Notes under the pieces: generated by a model
Databases searched by the model: none
Seen by the model: the letters and a program-made list of their open reading frames with translations, nothing else
Told to the model about the DNA's origin: nothing
Program-made: the position numbers and the translations under genes
NCBI RefSeq assembly: GCF_009914755.1
Contig: NC_060934.1
From: the human T2T-CHM13v2.0 reference genome, Homo sapiens
Reading direction: 5' to 3' (one strand)
DNA: 64,000 bases
In this document: piece by piece, positions 19,108-54,829 of the stretch
How the letters are laid out: every line of letters starts with the position of its first letter
How positions within the stretch are numbered: the stretch's first letter is position 1

Positions 19108-19942
19108 TGAATTTTTAGAATCCAATTTCAAATTGTTCACAATTTAAGACAATAATAATAGTTGTAAATGTATTACCTACGTGTCTGTACAGCTTCTCAG
19201 CTGAAAGTTATTATCAAAAGTATAAAGAAGTTGTTGTTGAAACTCTTAATCTGTATAGCTGTTTCAACATGAAACCATAAAGAAAAAGTTATGATCATGA
19301 AATCAGGCTCAAGTTCCTCTTAACTTTAAAAATATCTCATTTAAAGCTTTATTCAAATTATCTACTTTCAATACTTTGTATTTTATTGTTTTTTTTTAAC
19401 AAAAAACAACATATTTTCACCAAGTGACCTATAGCTATGCTCCCAATTTATTGCAGTTATTTTATTCACAAAATTCCATATTTTATGAATATAAAAAACT
19501 GAGAAACAATGCCCCATATCATATTAATTAGTCTAGAGCACAATTGTGGTTACATCGGTTAATGGGCCAACAGGGTTACCTACCCATTGTTAATAATTTT
19601 CTTTCTGTGAGTAAAATAATTTGGATTTCCAAACTACAAATTACAAACCCATTAATGTCCCAACCTATGAGATGGAGCAAGCTTCTTCAGGTAAACTGCA
19701 ATCGGTTACAGCCTTATTTGCAAATGCATTTTGCTTGCTTCAAACAGCTTCTAGAGAGCTGTTTCGTAATGTGCTTTAGGATCACTTCCAGAATAACCCC
19801 CTATGGTTGTGTGCACTGTGGCTCAAGGGACTTCTCATTGGTAGGTTTAAAACTCACTTAGCTCGCCCCTAGAAGAGCAGGATTGTTTTTGTAAGCCTGC
19901 ATAAAAAACAAAAAGCCAGACCAGAAAAATGCAAGGAGTCTA

Positions 19943-20371
<429 letters not shown>

Positions 20372-21108
20372 CTAATTTACCCCAACAGATGAACCTGCTC
20401 TGGATTAAGCCAGAAGCAAGAGAGAACCCTGCTAGACCAGCCATTTCACCAGCTCCCTAAAATGCAGCTATATTTGGGAGACTTCTGTGTAGGAAGTAAG
20501 GCTAATAATGCAGTTCCCAGAAGATTAGGTGTGGTTTTAATGAGCTCACTCAAGGCGGGTGGGGAGGGGAGTGGTTCCATGGTTCTATTTTTAAAACTCG
20601 TGTAAAGATCATCCTTTGTTGTCTAAACACGGCAGTAGAGAAAGAGACGTCTCTGTTTCTCACGTTACAATCAGAGGTAACAACCTGTGCTAACCTGGTT
20701 TCCAGCGAAAAGGCCAAAAGTGTACTGATAACTTCGGCTTCAGCTGAGACTGGGATAACCCGCTTGAGCCAGTGCCAAATTCCACCCATCCGGCGCGCAA
20801 GCGAGCGGGGCTTCTCCTCCCCAACCCCGGCCCAGGCTGCTTCTGCCGGGTCAGTGCTGCCGGGTTGGTGGAAGCTGCCTTCCCTCCCTCCAAGATCAGA
20901 AAGGCGGAGGGTTCAGGAAGGGGTTCTCCTCTAGGTGCAAGGGACTGCCTGGATATTTGGAGGGAATGGCAAAGCCCTGCTTCATGAGGTGAATGAATAT
21001 AAATTAAATCGCTCTCGTATTTAAAATAACTTGACGGATGACAGTGCCCATTCAGTCAATCGGCCCTCGACGTTGGATTTGCTACCTGGGCTTGTTGTCT
21101 GCGAGTTA

Positions 21109-21573
<465 letters not shown>

Positions 21574-21990
21574 TTATTTTTTAAATTTGAGACAAGGCCT
21601 CGCTCTGTCGCCCAGGCTGGAGTGCCATGGCGCAATCATAGCTCACGGCAGACTCGAACTGCTGGGCTCAAGGGATCCCCCTACCTCAGCTTCCGAGGAG
21701 CTAGGATGACACGCGTGAGCCACCATGCCTGGCTAATTTTTAGATTTTTTGTAGAGACGGGGTAGCTATGTTGCCCAGGCTGGTCTCCAACTCCTGACCT
21801 CAAGTGATCCTCCCGCCTCGGCCTCCAAAGCGCTGGGATTACAGGCGTGCGCAACCGCGCGGAGGCAATCTAGAAACTGCAGAGGGAGCACGGACCTGGG
21901 CACTGGGAAGAATAGGGCGTGGACTTGGAGTGTGACCGCGTTTGAATCTGGGTTGTGCCTGGGACACCCCACCTCCTGGGCCGTAGTGGG

Positions 21991-21992
<2 letters not shown>

Positions 21993-22048
<56 letters not shown>
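21993..22048 (+). repeat. (GA)28 microsatellite upstream of the promoter
   Basis: 56-nt perfect GA run. Confidence 0.97.
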
Positions 22049-22055
<7 letters not shown>

Positions 22056-23223
22056 GACCTTACATGGCTCCTACCTCTCCGCGCTCTAGCCGAATGCCTG
22101 GCTCCTAGTGGGTGCTTGATACGTGGGAAATGTAGGGGGAGGGGGTGGCGGGGCATTGGGAATGTCCCGCAGAGTGGATTTCGGGAGAGTGGCGCTTTTC
22201 TCTAGAACTCTCTTCCGGTTACACCTGGAGTAAAAGCTTGACACTCTAGAAGGAAAACCCCAGATGAGCAGCTAGGACTGAGGGTTAGCGGTAGGCGGGA
22301 GCGGGGAGATAGTACAAGTACGCTTCCTAATGAGGCGGTGCCGCAAAATAACCAATTTTAATAAAGACTGCAGAGAAGAAAACCAGGTTCTGCTGGCGGA
22401 GTGCACAGGCTCCCAGCCGAGCGCCCAACAACCAGGTTCCGGGCCCACCCTGCCGCAGCCTCTTGGAAATCTCTAAGTTGGAATGTGTGCGTGCGCACCA
22501 CGGGTCACTGCCCTCTTTGTGTGTGAATTTGAAGCGAAATCTGGGCGAGGCGGGGCCGTGCTACTAGCAATCGGACCCACAGTCGCGGTTCCAAGAAGCC
22601 CCGAAGCTTCCCCGGCTTCCCGCAGCACTGCTGGGAGGGCACACGGCGCCTCTGTCCCCACCCCAGAGCGTGGGGCGCGCGGAAAAAGGTCTGGTGACTG
22701 CCCTCCCCGCCGCCCCCCGGGAGCGTGCCCTCCCGCCGGACCCTGGGACTCCAGAGAAGCGCCGAGGGCGCGAGTACACTAAGATATACGACCTTCCCTG
22801 GGGACCGGGAAGGGCACAACCACCTCTTGCAACTCCGCCACTAAGACGCCTTGGGTCACCAGGCCCGGGGGAAAACTCGTCCCCGTCCCAGGCTCTCGAT
22901 TCGGGCCGCAGCTCACGTCCCGCGCTCCTCCCTGCGCGCCGCTCTGCTCCTCCCTAGTCCCGCCTCCAGCTCCGCCCGGGCGCCCAGAGGGCAAATGAGG
23001 GGCGGCGGGGTGGCGGGTCGGGGGGAGACGCGGAATTTCCCAGCGCGGGGGCTCTGGCTTACCCTGCAACCGGGCAGTCTCTTTCTGTTTACGGAGAGAA
23101 AGGGGAAATGGAAAAGTCGGGGAGGCGGTGGCTGGCGTCCGCTGCGCCGCCCCTGGGCAGGCTCAGACGCCGTGAGTCAGGGGCAGAGCAGGGCGGTCTG
23201 AGCGTGCGGGCGACGCGGGTCTC

Positions 23224-23418
23224 ACTCGTCCGCTCCGCTCTGGACTGCGCGCCACGCTCTGGGGTCCGGCGCCCTGGTTCCTGCTTCTGCCGCTGCCGCC
23301 GCCGGATCCCAGTGGCCCGGCGTGCTCGGCTCCCACAGGCCTGCAGCCAGCATCGCACCGAACCTTCGGGGGGCCGCGGCTGGAGCGCTCGGCCGGCGTG
23401 GGAGCGCCAAGGCCGCAG
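23224..23418 (+). other. MAP3K8: MAP3K8 non-coding exon 1a (5' end approximate)
   Basis: Inside the CpG island, no ATG; donor GCAG|gtaatc at 23418/23419. TSS cannot be fixed from sequence; Inr-like TCACTC near 23222. Confidence 0.75.
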
Positions 23419-23599
23419 GTAATCCAGGGTTGGGGGTCTCCGGCGTGTCTTTCGGGTCGCGTCCCGCCTGGGTGCCCCGGGGATTCCCATGCAGAAATGG
23501 AGGGTGCCCCCAGCAGAGGGGAAAACTCTGGCGTGGGAAGAGGTGGGGGCGTGCCCACAGCTGCGCTCGCGGGTCGCCGGCTGCACCAGGCACAGCTGG

Positions 23600-23788
23600 A
23601 AAGCACCTTGCGCAAGGGTCTCACGGGGTGCAGACTCGCGACTCCTCCCCCTTCCTCCTCCTTCCCGTATCCGCAGCGCCAGGGCAGTGCTGGTCTGGGC
23701 AGTACGCGGGGAAGCGGGGACCCGCTGTCACTGCGCCTCCCGCTGCCGACGCCGCCTGGACGGCCGCACTCTCCCTGCCCGAGACCCG
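23600..23788 (+). other. MAP3K8: Candidate alternative non-coding first exon 1b (5' end unknown)
   Basis: Near-consensus donor CCG|GTGAGT at 23788/23789 at the 3' edge of the CpG island. Confidence 0.55.
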
Positions 23789-24529
23789 GTGAGTGCAGCT
23801 CGGAGGCTGGAGGACCCGATCCTCCCAAATGCTGGGTGCTTTGATAATTTATAAGCCTTTTAGGCTCCCTTGACTTAGAGAACCAGGAGGAAAGGAGTGG
23901 GAGTGTGGGTTGGCGGAGCCCAGAGACTTGTGAATGGCTGGGACTAAATTCAAGTTTGTAACCCGGACTCTATCCCATGACTAAAGAGGTCATAGCAGAA
24001 CACGAAGGCTGGGCTTTTGGTCTAAGAAAGAATACTAGGAGAAAAAAAAAGTTATTTTCACGGAAGTTGTTTTCGAGCGATAGTGCATGATCAGGACTCT
24101 GAAATTTTTCTAGCTCTGGGCGGAGAAGGACGCCTAGGGATTGTCTCCATAGTTAACAGGGGAAGGCCACCGGCTGCCTGTAAGAGAGAAACGTTGCGAT
24201 GCTTGTCTATTTCACTTTTGGGAAGACAAGATTAAAGGCTGCTCTTGATAAAAAACAGGGACAGAAAGGCTCTTGCAGTTGCTTTACATACCTGTGGCCT
24301 GAGTCGTTTGTGCCAAGGAGAGTGTAATCCACTTCCAGCTGACGCCCCCAGCTCTCTGCGACGGATTGAGGTTTGTGTGCAGGACGTCTGGCATACGGCC
24401 CATGAGGACTTTGTCGTGTAAAGCAAATGGGAACGTTGAGGCATGTAGAGGTTTTGAAGCAGAGTGTCGGTCCTTCCTTCCATACGCCTGAAACGCATAA
24501 TCCGGGGCTTTTTGAGAGCAAAAACATAG

Positions 24530-24896
<367 letters not shown>

Positions 24897-26216
24897 TAAA
24901 TGAGAAATAACACAAGTAATAGTCATTCTTTGTTAGGCAGAAGCATATGCTGTTATGCTGGCCATTTTCATTCACACTTGCCAGGAAACACTCACATTTT
25001 GTTTCTGTATATGGAGGCAGCCAAGAGTATTATGTTAATGTTTAGGAAGAGAATTTCCTCGTGATTTTATTGCTGATTTCTGAAATAATTCAGTGTAACT
25101 AATTTTGACTGTATTTGCACATCTCTCCAATTCCAAAAGCTGGCATAATTTTCTGTTTGGTTAGGAAGTAGGAATTTTATGAGGACTTTTATTGTAAACT
25201 GTGTCAAGGGAAAAATCATCTTATACTAAACGTCTTTATTGCCAAACTAGAATACCTTCACAATCTGAACTTTCTCTAGATGGGCACAGATCATGAATAA
25301 CTCAGAAACCATTAGCATATTGTGTGCTTAATTAAGGCTGGAAAGTGCTGAGGCTTTTTGCAGGCGCAGTTAGCAGGCGAACTGGTCAGCAGGGTTTCTG
25401 GGGAACGTAGATTTGCGTGACAGGGGCCCTGTGTTGCTAAGGAATTAATGCAGGCACTGAGAAAAGTCTCAGCGTCAGACACTCCTCCACCTCCCGGGTC
25501 CTGCTTCCCTCCCTCTCCCCTTTCCAGGCAACTCACAGTTTAGGGGTGTGGTTGTGTGTGTTCAAGCTCTTGGGTTTTACATATAAATGCCTGAGACTTT
25601 TCTGCAGGGTTTAAAAACTAACATCTTGTCTTACAGCTCTTTTAGGATTTGTCTTTTAGAATCTCCAGTCCTCACAGGAAAACCCCCCAATTAAAAAAAT
25701 AAAAGAATAAAGAATAAAAAGAATACCACTACTACTATAAAAAAAAAAAAAATCCTCTAAAATTTGTCTTCCCAGATCAGCAGAGTGAATTTGAACTGTG
25801 TGGACTTTTTTCCTCTTTCTTTCTTGAGTCATGTTAGTACTGAGAACTTTTTTTTTTTTCTGTCAAATCATCTGTTTGATAAATAAGTCCAGGAGACTTG
25901 GATCCTTTCAACCCCTGAGGCCCTAAATTAGGCTGTTTTTTTTTTAACCTCTGTGTTTCCAGTAAATTCGACAAGCAGAAACTGCAACTAAACGGCTCAG
26001 TAAAACCGAAGTCAAATGTTCCTCCATTAATCTAAGAAGTTGCTCTCCTAACTCAGCAGACTCCAAGAACCTGAATCACAATCTCCCTCGAAGATGTACA
26101 AGATCTCAGGAGGGGAAGCTGCCCCCTCACTCTAGATTTCACGGTGGTGATAACAGCCATGAAAGCATTTCATAGGTTTCTGCCTTTTTTTTCTCTCTCT
26201 TTATGTCTTGTTTTAG

Positions 26217-26447
26217 ATGCAATCTTCTTACCGCGAAGAAGCCAGGGGAATAGGTAGCCACATCTTGTTTGCAGATAAGAAAGGAAGCTAACGCAGTATC
26301 TGCAAAGCCAGGAGTCTGACTCAGTACTTTTCTCACTCATGCATACAAAGCAGCTAAAAATGACACAGCTTATTTACCATGCCCCTGACACTGCACTGAG
26401 CACTTTATGAGCTTGAACTCTGTTAATCCTCACGACCACCTCATGAG
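26217..26447 (+). other. MAP3K8: MAP3K8 non-coding exon 2 (231 nt, uORF-rich)
   Basis: Long pyrimidine tract then ttttag|ATGC; donor ATGAG|gtaggt; agrees with my recollection of the mRNA 5'UTR. Confidence 0.88.
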
Positions 26448-26592
26448 GTAGGTGCTGTTATTACTTCCATTTTACAGATGGGGAAAATTGAGGTCGAGAG
26501 AGGTTACGTTACTTGCTCAACGTCATGCAAGCAGTAAATGGGAGTGTGGGGGGAGGCAATGAGATTTGACTCCAAGCAGTCTGAGACCAGAG
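26360..26592 (-). mobile_element. MIR SINE (antisense) overlapping the 3' half of exon 2
   Basis: taatcctcacgaccacctcatgaggtaggtgctgttattacttccattttacagatggggaaaattgagg matches the reverse MIR core (TAATCCTCACAACAACCCTATGAGGTAGGTACTATTATTATCCCCATTTTACAGATGAGGAAACTGAGG). Confidence 0.85.
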
Positions 26593-27979
26593 GAATGTTG
26601 GATTGCAGGATGCTAAACTGCTTTCCTCAGACACAATTCATACGTCAGAAAATGACCATCAAGTAAGTGAATGATGACACTAAATTGCATGGTTCTTTTG
26701 TCAAATGAAATTCACTGAGAGGCAGATGGCTGGGTCATGCGTGCAGGTGGCTCTGCAGTGGAGCATTTCCTGGAGCTTTGAAATGAAGCTCCAGATTGAT
26801 CAGACGTGCGTGGCTTTAGCCCTGAGTGTCCTGTGTGTTAAAGGCTTGTGCTTCTCAGAACTTGAAATACCTTTCAGAAAGAGGCTATGCTTTTGGGAGT
26901 GCAATCGGTGATTTAAGTAAACCAATGTGCCTTGAAATTCTCTTAGATCTCTTAGGACCTTTTGTCTTTTCTCCTTCAGAACAGAGTTGTTCTAAAATCC
27001 TGAGTAACAACGTCAGTTTTTACCCTTGCTTTACTTTCTTTTTCTCATCTACAGATCTCCAAGTGTGGCAGCTGATTTGTATATAAGAGCTGAAATGCAA
27101 TTTTGGTTAATATAGTCACTTGGACTTGCTTATGATAAATTTGACTTTCCTGGCTTCTTTCTACTACTCACAGCTTCTAGAAGGCCATTTATTTATATAT
27201 TAATCTTCTGGGACCCTCAAGATGTTTGCTTTGCACTATTAAAGAATTCTGGTCCTAAGGGAGGACAGCTGAATCATAGGTTAAATGTATCATCATCTTT
27301 CTCATACTCATCACTGGGAGAACAAGGTTTCCTGTCATCCTTCCAATTAGCTGTTTAACTCATTTGCATAAGAATCATTCCTGAAACTTGACCTATTGCC
27401 ATCAAATTTGTGTAGATTGAAATCCATTTTTCCAGCTTCTGGCTTTCAGGGCCTGAGTTTTATTTGCCAAGTTAGCTCCTGCATTTAGTGAAGAGGTTAT
27501 TTTTCTTTAAAGTCACCAGAGGCATAAAAAAGCCATAGCGATTCTTGCAGGGAGGGTGCCACTTCGGGGGAATAGCTGGGTTGTGTAAGGTTGGAAGCCC
27601 TAAAGAGCCGGTAGCCTAAGGTCTTCAAAGATTTCTGAGCTGCTCTTGATTCGTGTGTATGTTTAGTGAAAGTTTGTTTTCAGTGCCTGTAGCTGATACC
27701 ACTGACTCTGTGAGTAAGAGTAAGCTCTCTGGATCTCAGGTTTCCCTCTGCAAAGTGAGCTGGACTAAAGGTTATCTTAGGTCCCTTTCAACTCTGCACT
27801 GTCAACTTGAATTCATACACACAGTTGACACAGAACCCTCGTTTTCTGAACAAAAGCATATAAAATCCTGTTGCCAATCCTTGTATGTCAGTTTCCCATG
27901 GGTCTTGAATGCAAATACAAATATCGTAAACTAAATATTTGTGTTTTCTTTCCTAGACTCTCCAGAAAGAGCAACAGTA

Positions 27980-49879
<21,900 letters not shown>

Positions 49880-50876
49880 AGGATGCCATGTTTGCTCTAA
49901 ATTAAGACAGCATTGATCTCCTGGAGGCTGGTTCTGCTGCCTCTACACAGGGGCCCTGTACAGTGAATGGTGCCATTTTCGAAGGAGCAGTGTGACCTCC
50001 TGTGACCCATGAATGTGCCTCCAAGCGGCCCTGTGTGTTTGACATGTGAAGCTATTTGATATGCACCAGGTCTCAAGGTTCTCATTTCTCAGGTGACGTG
50101 ATTCTAAGGCAGGAATTTGAGAGTTCACAGAAGGATCGTGTCTGCTGACTGTTTCATTCACTGTGCACTTTGCTCAAAATTTTAAAAATACCAATCACAA
50201 GGATAATAGAGTAGCCTAAAATTACTATTCTTGGTTCTTATTTAAGTATGGAATATTCATTTTACTCAGAATAGCTGTTTTGTGTATATTGGTGTATATT
50301 ATATAACTCTTTGAGCCTTTATTGGTAAATTCTGGTATACATTGAATTCATTATAATTTGGGTGACTAGAACAACTTGAAGATTGTAGCAATAAGCTGGA
50401 CTAGTGTCCTAAAAATGGCTAACTGATGAATTAGAAGCCATCTGACAGCAGGCCACTAGTGACAGTTTCTTTTGTGTTCCTATGGAAACATTTTATACTG
50501 TACATGCTATGCTGAAGACATTCAAAACGTGATGTTTTGAATGTGGATAAAACTGTGTAAACCACATAATTTTTGTACATCCCAAAGGATGAGAATGTGA
50601 CCTTTAAGAAAAATGAAAACTTTTGTAAATTATTGATGATTTTGTAATTCTTATGACTAAATTTTCTTTTAAGCATTTGTATATTAAAATAGCATACTGT
50701 GTATGTTTTATATCAAATGCCTTCATGAATCTTTCATACATATATATATTTGTAACATTGTAAAGTATGTGAGTAGTCTTATGTAAAGTATGTTTTTACA
50801 TTATGCAAATAAAACCCAATACTTTTGTCCAATGTGGTTGGTCAAATCAACTGAATAAATTCAGTATTTTGCCTTA
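49880..50876 (+). other. MAP3K8: MAP3K8 3'UTR (AU-rich, no Alu)
   Basis: Follows TGA; ends after AATAAA signals, before a GT-rich downstream element (gttgttgtg). 3' end approximate. Confidence 0.85.
50808..50859 (+). terminator. Tandem polyadenylation signals AATAAA (50808-50813, 50854-50859)
   Basis: Two AATAAA; upstream TGTA motifs including a TGTAAAGTATGT direct repeat at 50759 and 50782; downstream GT-rich tract. Confidence 0.85.
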
Positions 50877-51881
50877 GTTGTTGTGAAGCCTGTGATTCTC
50901 AGCTGGGACTGAGGATGGGCTATAGGAGTTGAGTTATAGATTGGAAGGAAATGTGTATCATAAGAAGGCAAAAAATACCAGGAGCTTTGCAAATTGTATT
51001 AATACACTCCTTTTCTATTGCTCTTGTATGAAGCTATTGTCAGCTGGAATGGTTTGCATCCCCTGGTACATTGAGGTAGAAAAAACAATTGTGGTTGTGC
51101 CTGTAATCCCAGCACTTTGGGATGCTGAAGCGGGAAAACTGGTTGAGCCCAAGAGTTCAAGACCAGCCTGGCCAACATGATGAAATCCCATCTCTACAAA
51201 AAATACAAAAATTTGCCAGGTGTGATGGTGCATGCCTGTAGTCCCAGCTACTCAGGTGGCTGAGATGTGAGGATCACTTAAGCCTGGGAGGCGAAGGTTG
51301 CAGTGAGCCAAGATCATGCCACACTACACTCCAGCCTGGATAACAGAGGGAGGCCTTGTCCCTGCTAAAAATAAAATAATAATTGTGTGCCACTGGTTTA
51401 GGGTTATGTGGTTCTATTTTGCACCCTGTTTTTATATATTTATACTATCCTTGAATACACGCTTGCATACTCTTTGCCCATTGTTATGTGGCAAGCTAAT
51501 AACTAGCCATTGTAGAAGGTGGCTTTAACTCACATACATCAACTCTAGTGAAAACTGTTGAATGGAAGTCTGTCATCTACATAGCAAATAGTATTAAACA
51601 CTTTTACATGTGTTGTGTAAAACATGCCATCCCTTGTAATCCATGTAAACACACATGAAATATGCATTGCTACCTCTTTTTTCTCAGAGAAGGAAATTGA
51701 GGCATAGTGAGGGTAAGTAACGTTATCCTCAAGACCGCAAAGCAAGTGAAGAAACAGCTGGTATTTAAACCCAGTCCTTTCTGGCTCCAGTACACATGTT
51801 CTCCCTCGTACGTTGCTGCTTGTAAGTGAGAGATCAACACTGCAGAGGAAACAATTTCCTTTTCTGCCCCTCTGGTAAGGG

Positions 51882-52550
<669 letters not shown>

Positions 52551-52612
52551 GGTTAAAGGTATACAGCTTTTGATAATTTTCATGAGATACTCACATAGTC
52601 AATATGAATTGA

Positions 52613-52933
<321 letters not shown>

Positions 52934-54546
52934 TGATTGCTAAGAGCTGATCAATAGTGTTGGTGGCTGAGGAAGCGGTCGTGAGAGAGAACTATGAGGG
53001 GAAGTTCGGGGCTGAGAGCTCTGTGTGCACTGAGGACTTGCAGAACTGTTCACCTGGGAGGCCAAAAGTTGCACCCTAGGATGAGTCACCAGAGAATCAG
53101 CTCAAGAGGAGCAAGGAAGCCCCAAGTGAATTCCAAAGGAATGCACTACTCACCCCCTTATGAGAAGATGGGCAGTGGGGCTGTCAGGCTTGAGTATAGT
53201 TAGAATAGAATAATCATGTCCTGAAAGCTCAGCCTGGGCAACATTGCAAGACCTCATCTCTAAAAACAAAAATTAGCTGGATGTGATGACTCATGCCTGC
53301 AGTCCCAGCTACTTCAAAGACTGAGGCAGGTGGATTGCTTGAGCCCAGGATTGCAAGTCTGCAATGAGCTATGATCATGTCATTGCACTCCAGCCTGGGC
53401 AACAGAGTGAGACCCTGTCTCTAAAACAAACAAACAAAAACAAAGAAAGCAACTTCCAGCCACTTTGATAATTCCTGCTTCGGGAATTGGATGGAAGCAC
53501 TGGAATGCACTGCAGAATGTATACAGAGCTTTTCCAGCTCAAGCCTTAGAGATGATCTTATTTAAGCACCTGGCAAGTTAGATGGGTAGATGAACGTGCT
53601 TGCTGGAGGTCCCACAACCAATGCTAGTGCCTCATCTTCTGATTGTCACCACCTCCTTTGTGTTTTCCTTGAGGTCTGTGAAATATTCAAAAGCAGATGA
53701 TGGAGATCGTACCAGGAATTTACTGGACCTGATGGGAATTTGCCTAGCCTTGGAGAGATGCTTCTCATCTGGGGATCAGCCAGTGCCCCTTGAGCTAAGT
53801 TTCTACTGATGACTGCCATGTCACCGAGCACCACAGTGGGACCTGGAAGGGATTCTGTCAGTCCCCTGGGTTCCTTGCTGATGCATGCTCACTGTCTGGC
53901 AGACACAAGGAATTTGGTCTTTTATTGACAGCAAGTTTCTGTGGTGTAACTCAATATGAAAGCCAGTGTTTTCTGGCGGGCCTGGGGGATATTTTTCATA
54001 GGTCTGCAATGTGACTAGCAGTAAAGATTGCTTGATGCCCTGCCCCATGGGCACCCAGGAGGGAATGTGCCCAGCAGGAGAGCGGGCCTATTAATGGAGA
54101 GTTGAAGTTTTATGAGGACCAACTCTGGGCAAGCAACTGTGCTGGGCCCTGAAGGAGACATAAGTGAGAGAAGATTCTAGTCTCTCTTACTTATCCACTC
54201 TCTGCTGAAAGGAAGCACGTTCCATTTTGGAATTGTTAGAAGGTTCTTTGATTTAATGCATATTCCCATCTGCCTCCAAAACGGCTTTTTTCATCAAGTA
54301 TTTACTTGCAATTTTACCTTTTGCCTGTGAGCTGGCTTTCTAAATGTCCATTGAATCGCCAATGCATAAGAAGATGATGACTAAAAGGTTTAGGCATCAG
54401 CATCAGGTTTCAAAAGCTTGCTTTGTGCCGGGCACAGTGGCTCACACCTGTAATCCCAGCACTTTGGGAGGCCAAGGCAGGTGAATCACCTGAGATCAGG
54501 GGTTCGAGACCAGCCTGGACAACATTGTGAAACCCCGTCTCTACTA

Positions 54547-54675
<129 letters not shown>

Positions 54676-54829
54676 TCACTGAACCTGGGCAACAAGAGCA
54701 AAACTCCATCTCAAGAAAAAAAAAAAAAGGTTTGCTTTGGGCCAGAGAGAGGAGAAATGCAAAGCAGTCATTTACCAAACATTTTTTTTTTATGTTTTTG
54801 TTATATGTTATATGTTTTTGTTTTTTTAT

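Larger units (their letters stand above)
22100..23850. promoter_or_regulatory. CpG-island promoter of MAP3K8
   Basis: High GC and CpG density; GC boxes; kB GGGAAATTCC (minus strand, 23032-23041) and GGGGATTCCC (23479-23488); AP-1 TGAGTCA 23173-23179; GAS TTCCAAGAA 22589-22597. Confidence 0.9.

Noticed and set aside
19861-19880. CTCF-like motif gctcgcccctagaag
   Set aside because: Spacing and 3' end deviate from the core consensus; cannot be supported by eye.
22473-23854. Long overlapping ORFs (up to 221 aa) on both strands
   Set aside because: Stop-codon depletion in a GC-rich CpG island; low-complexity P/R/G/A composition with no recognisable domain.
27941-27979. N-terminal extension [13 protein letters not shown] in the ORF track
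   Set aside because: Starts at an intronic GTG. In the exon 2-3 spliced mRNA an in-frame TGA (26444-26446) precedes Met1. Relevant only if the internal promoter exists.
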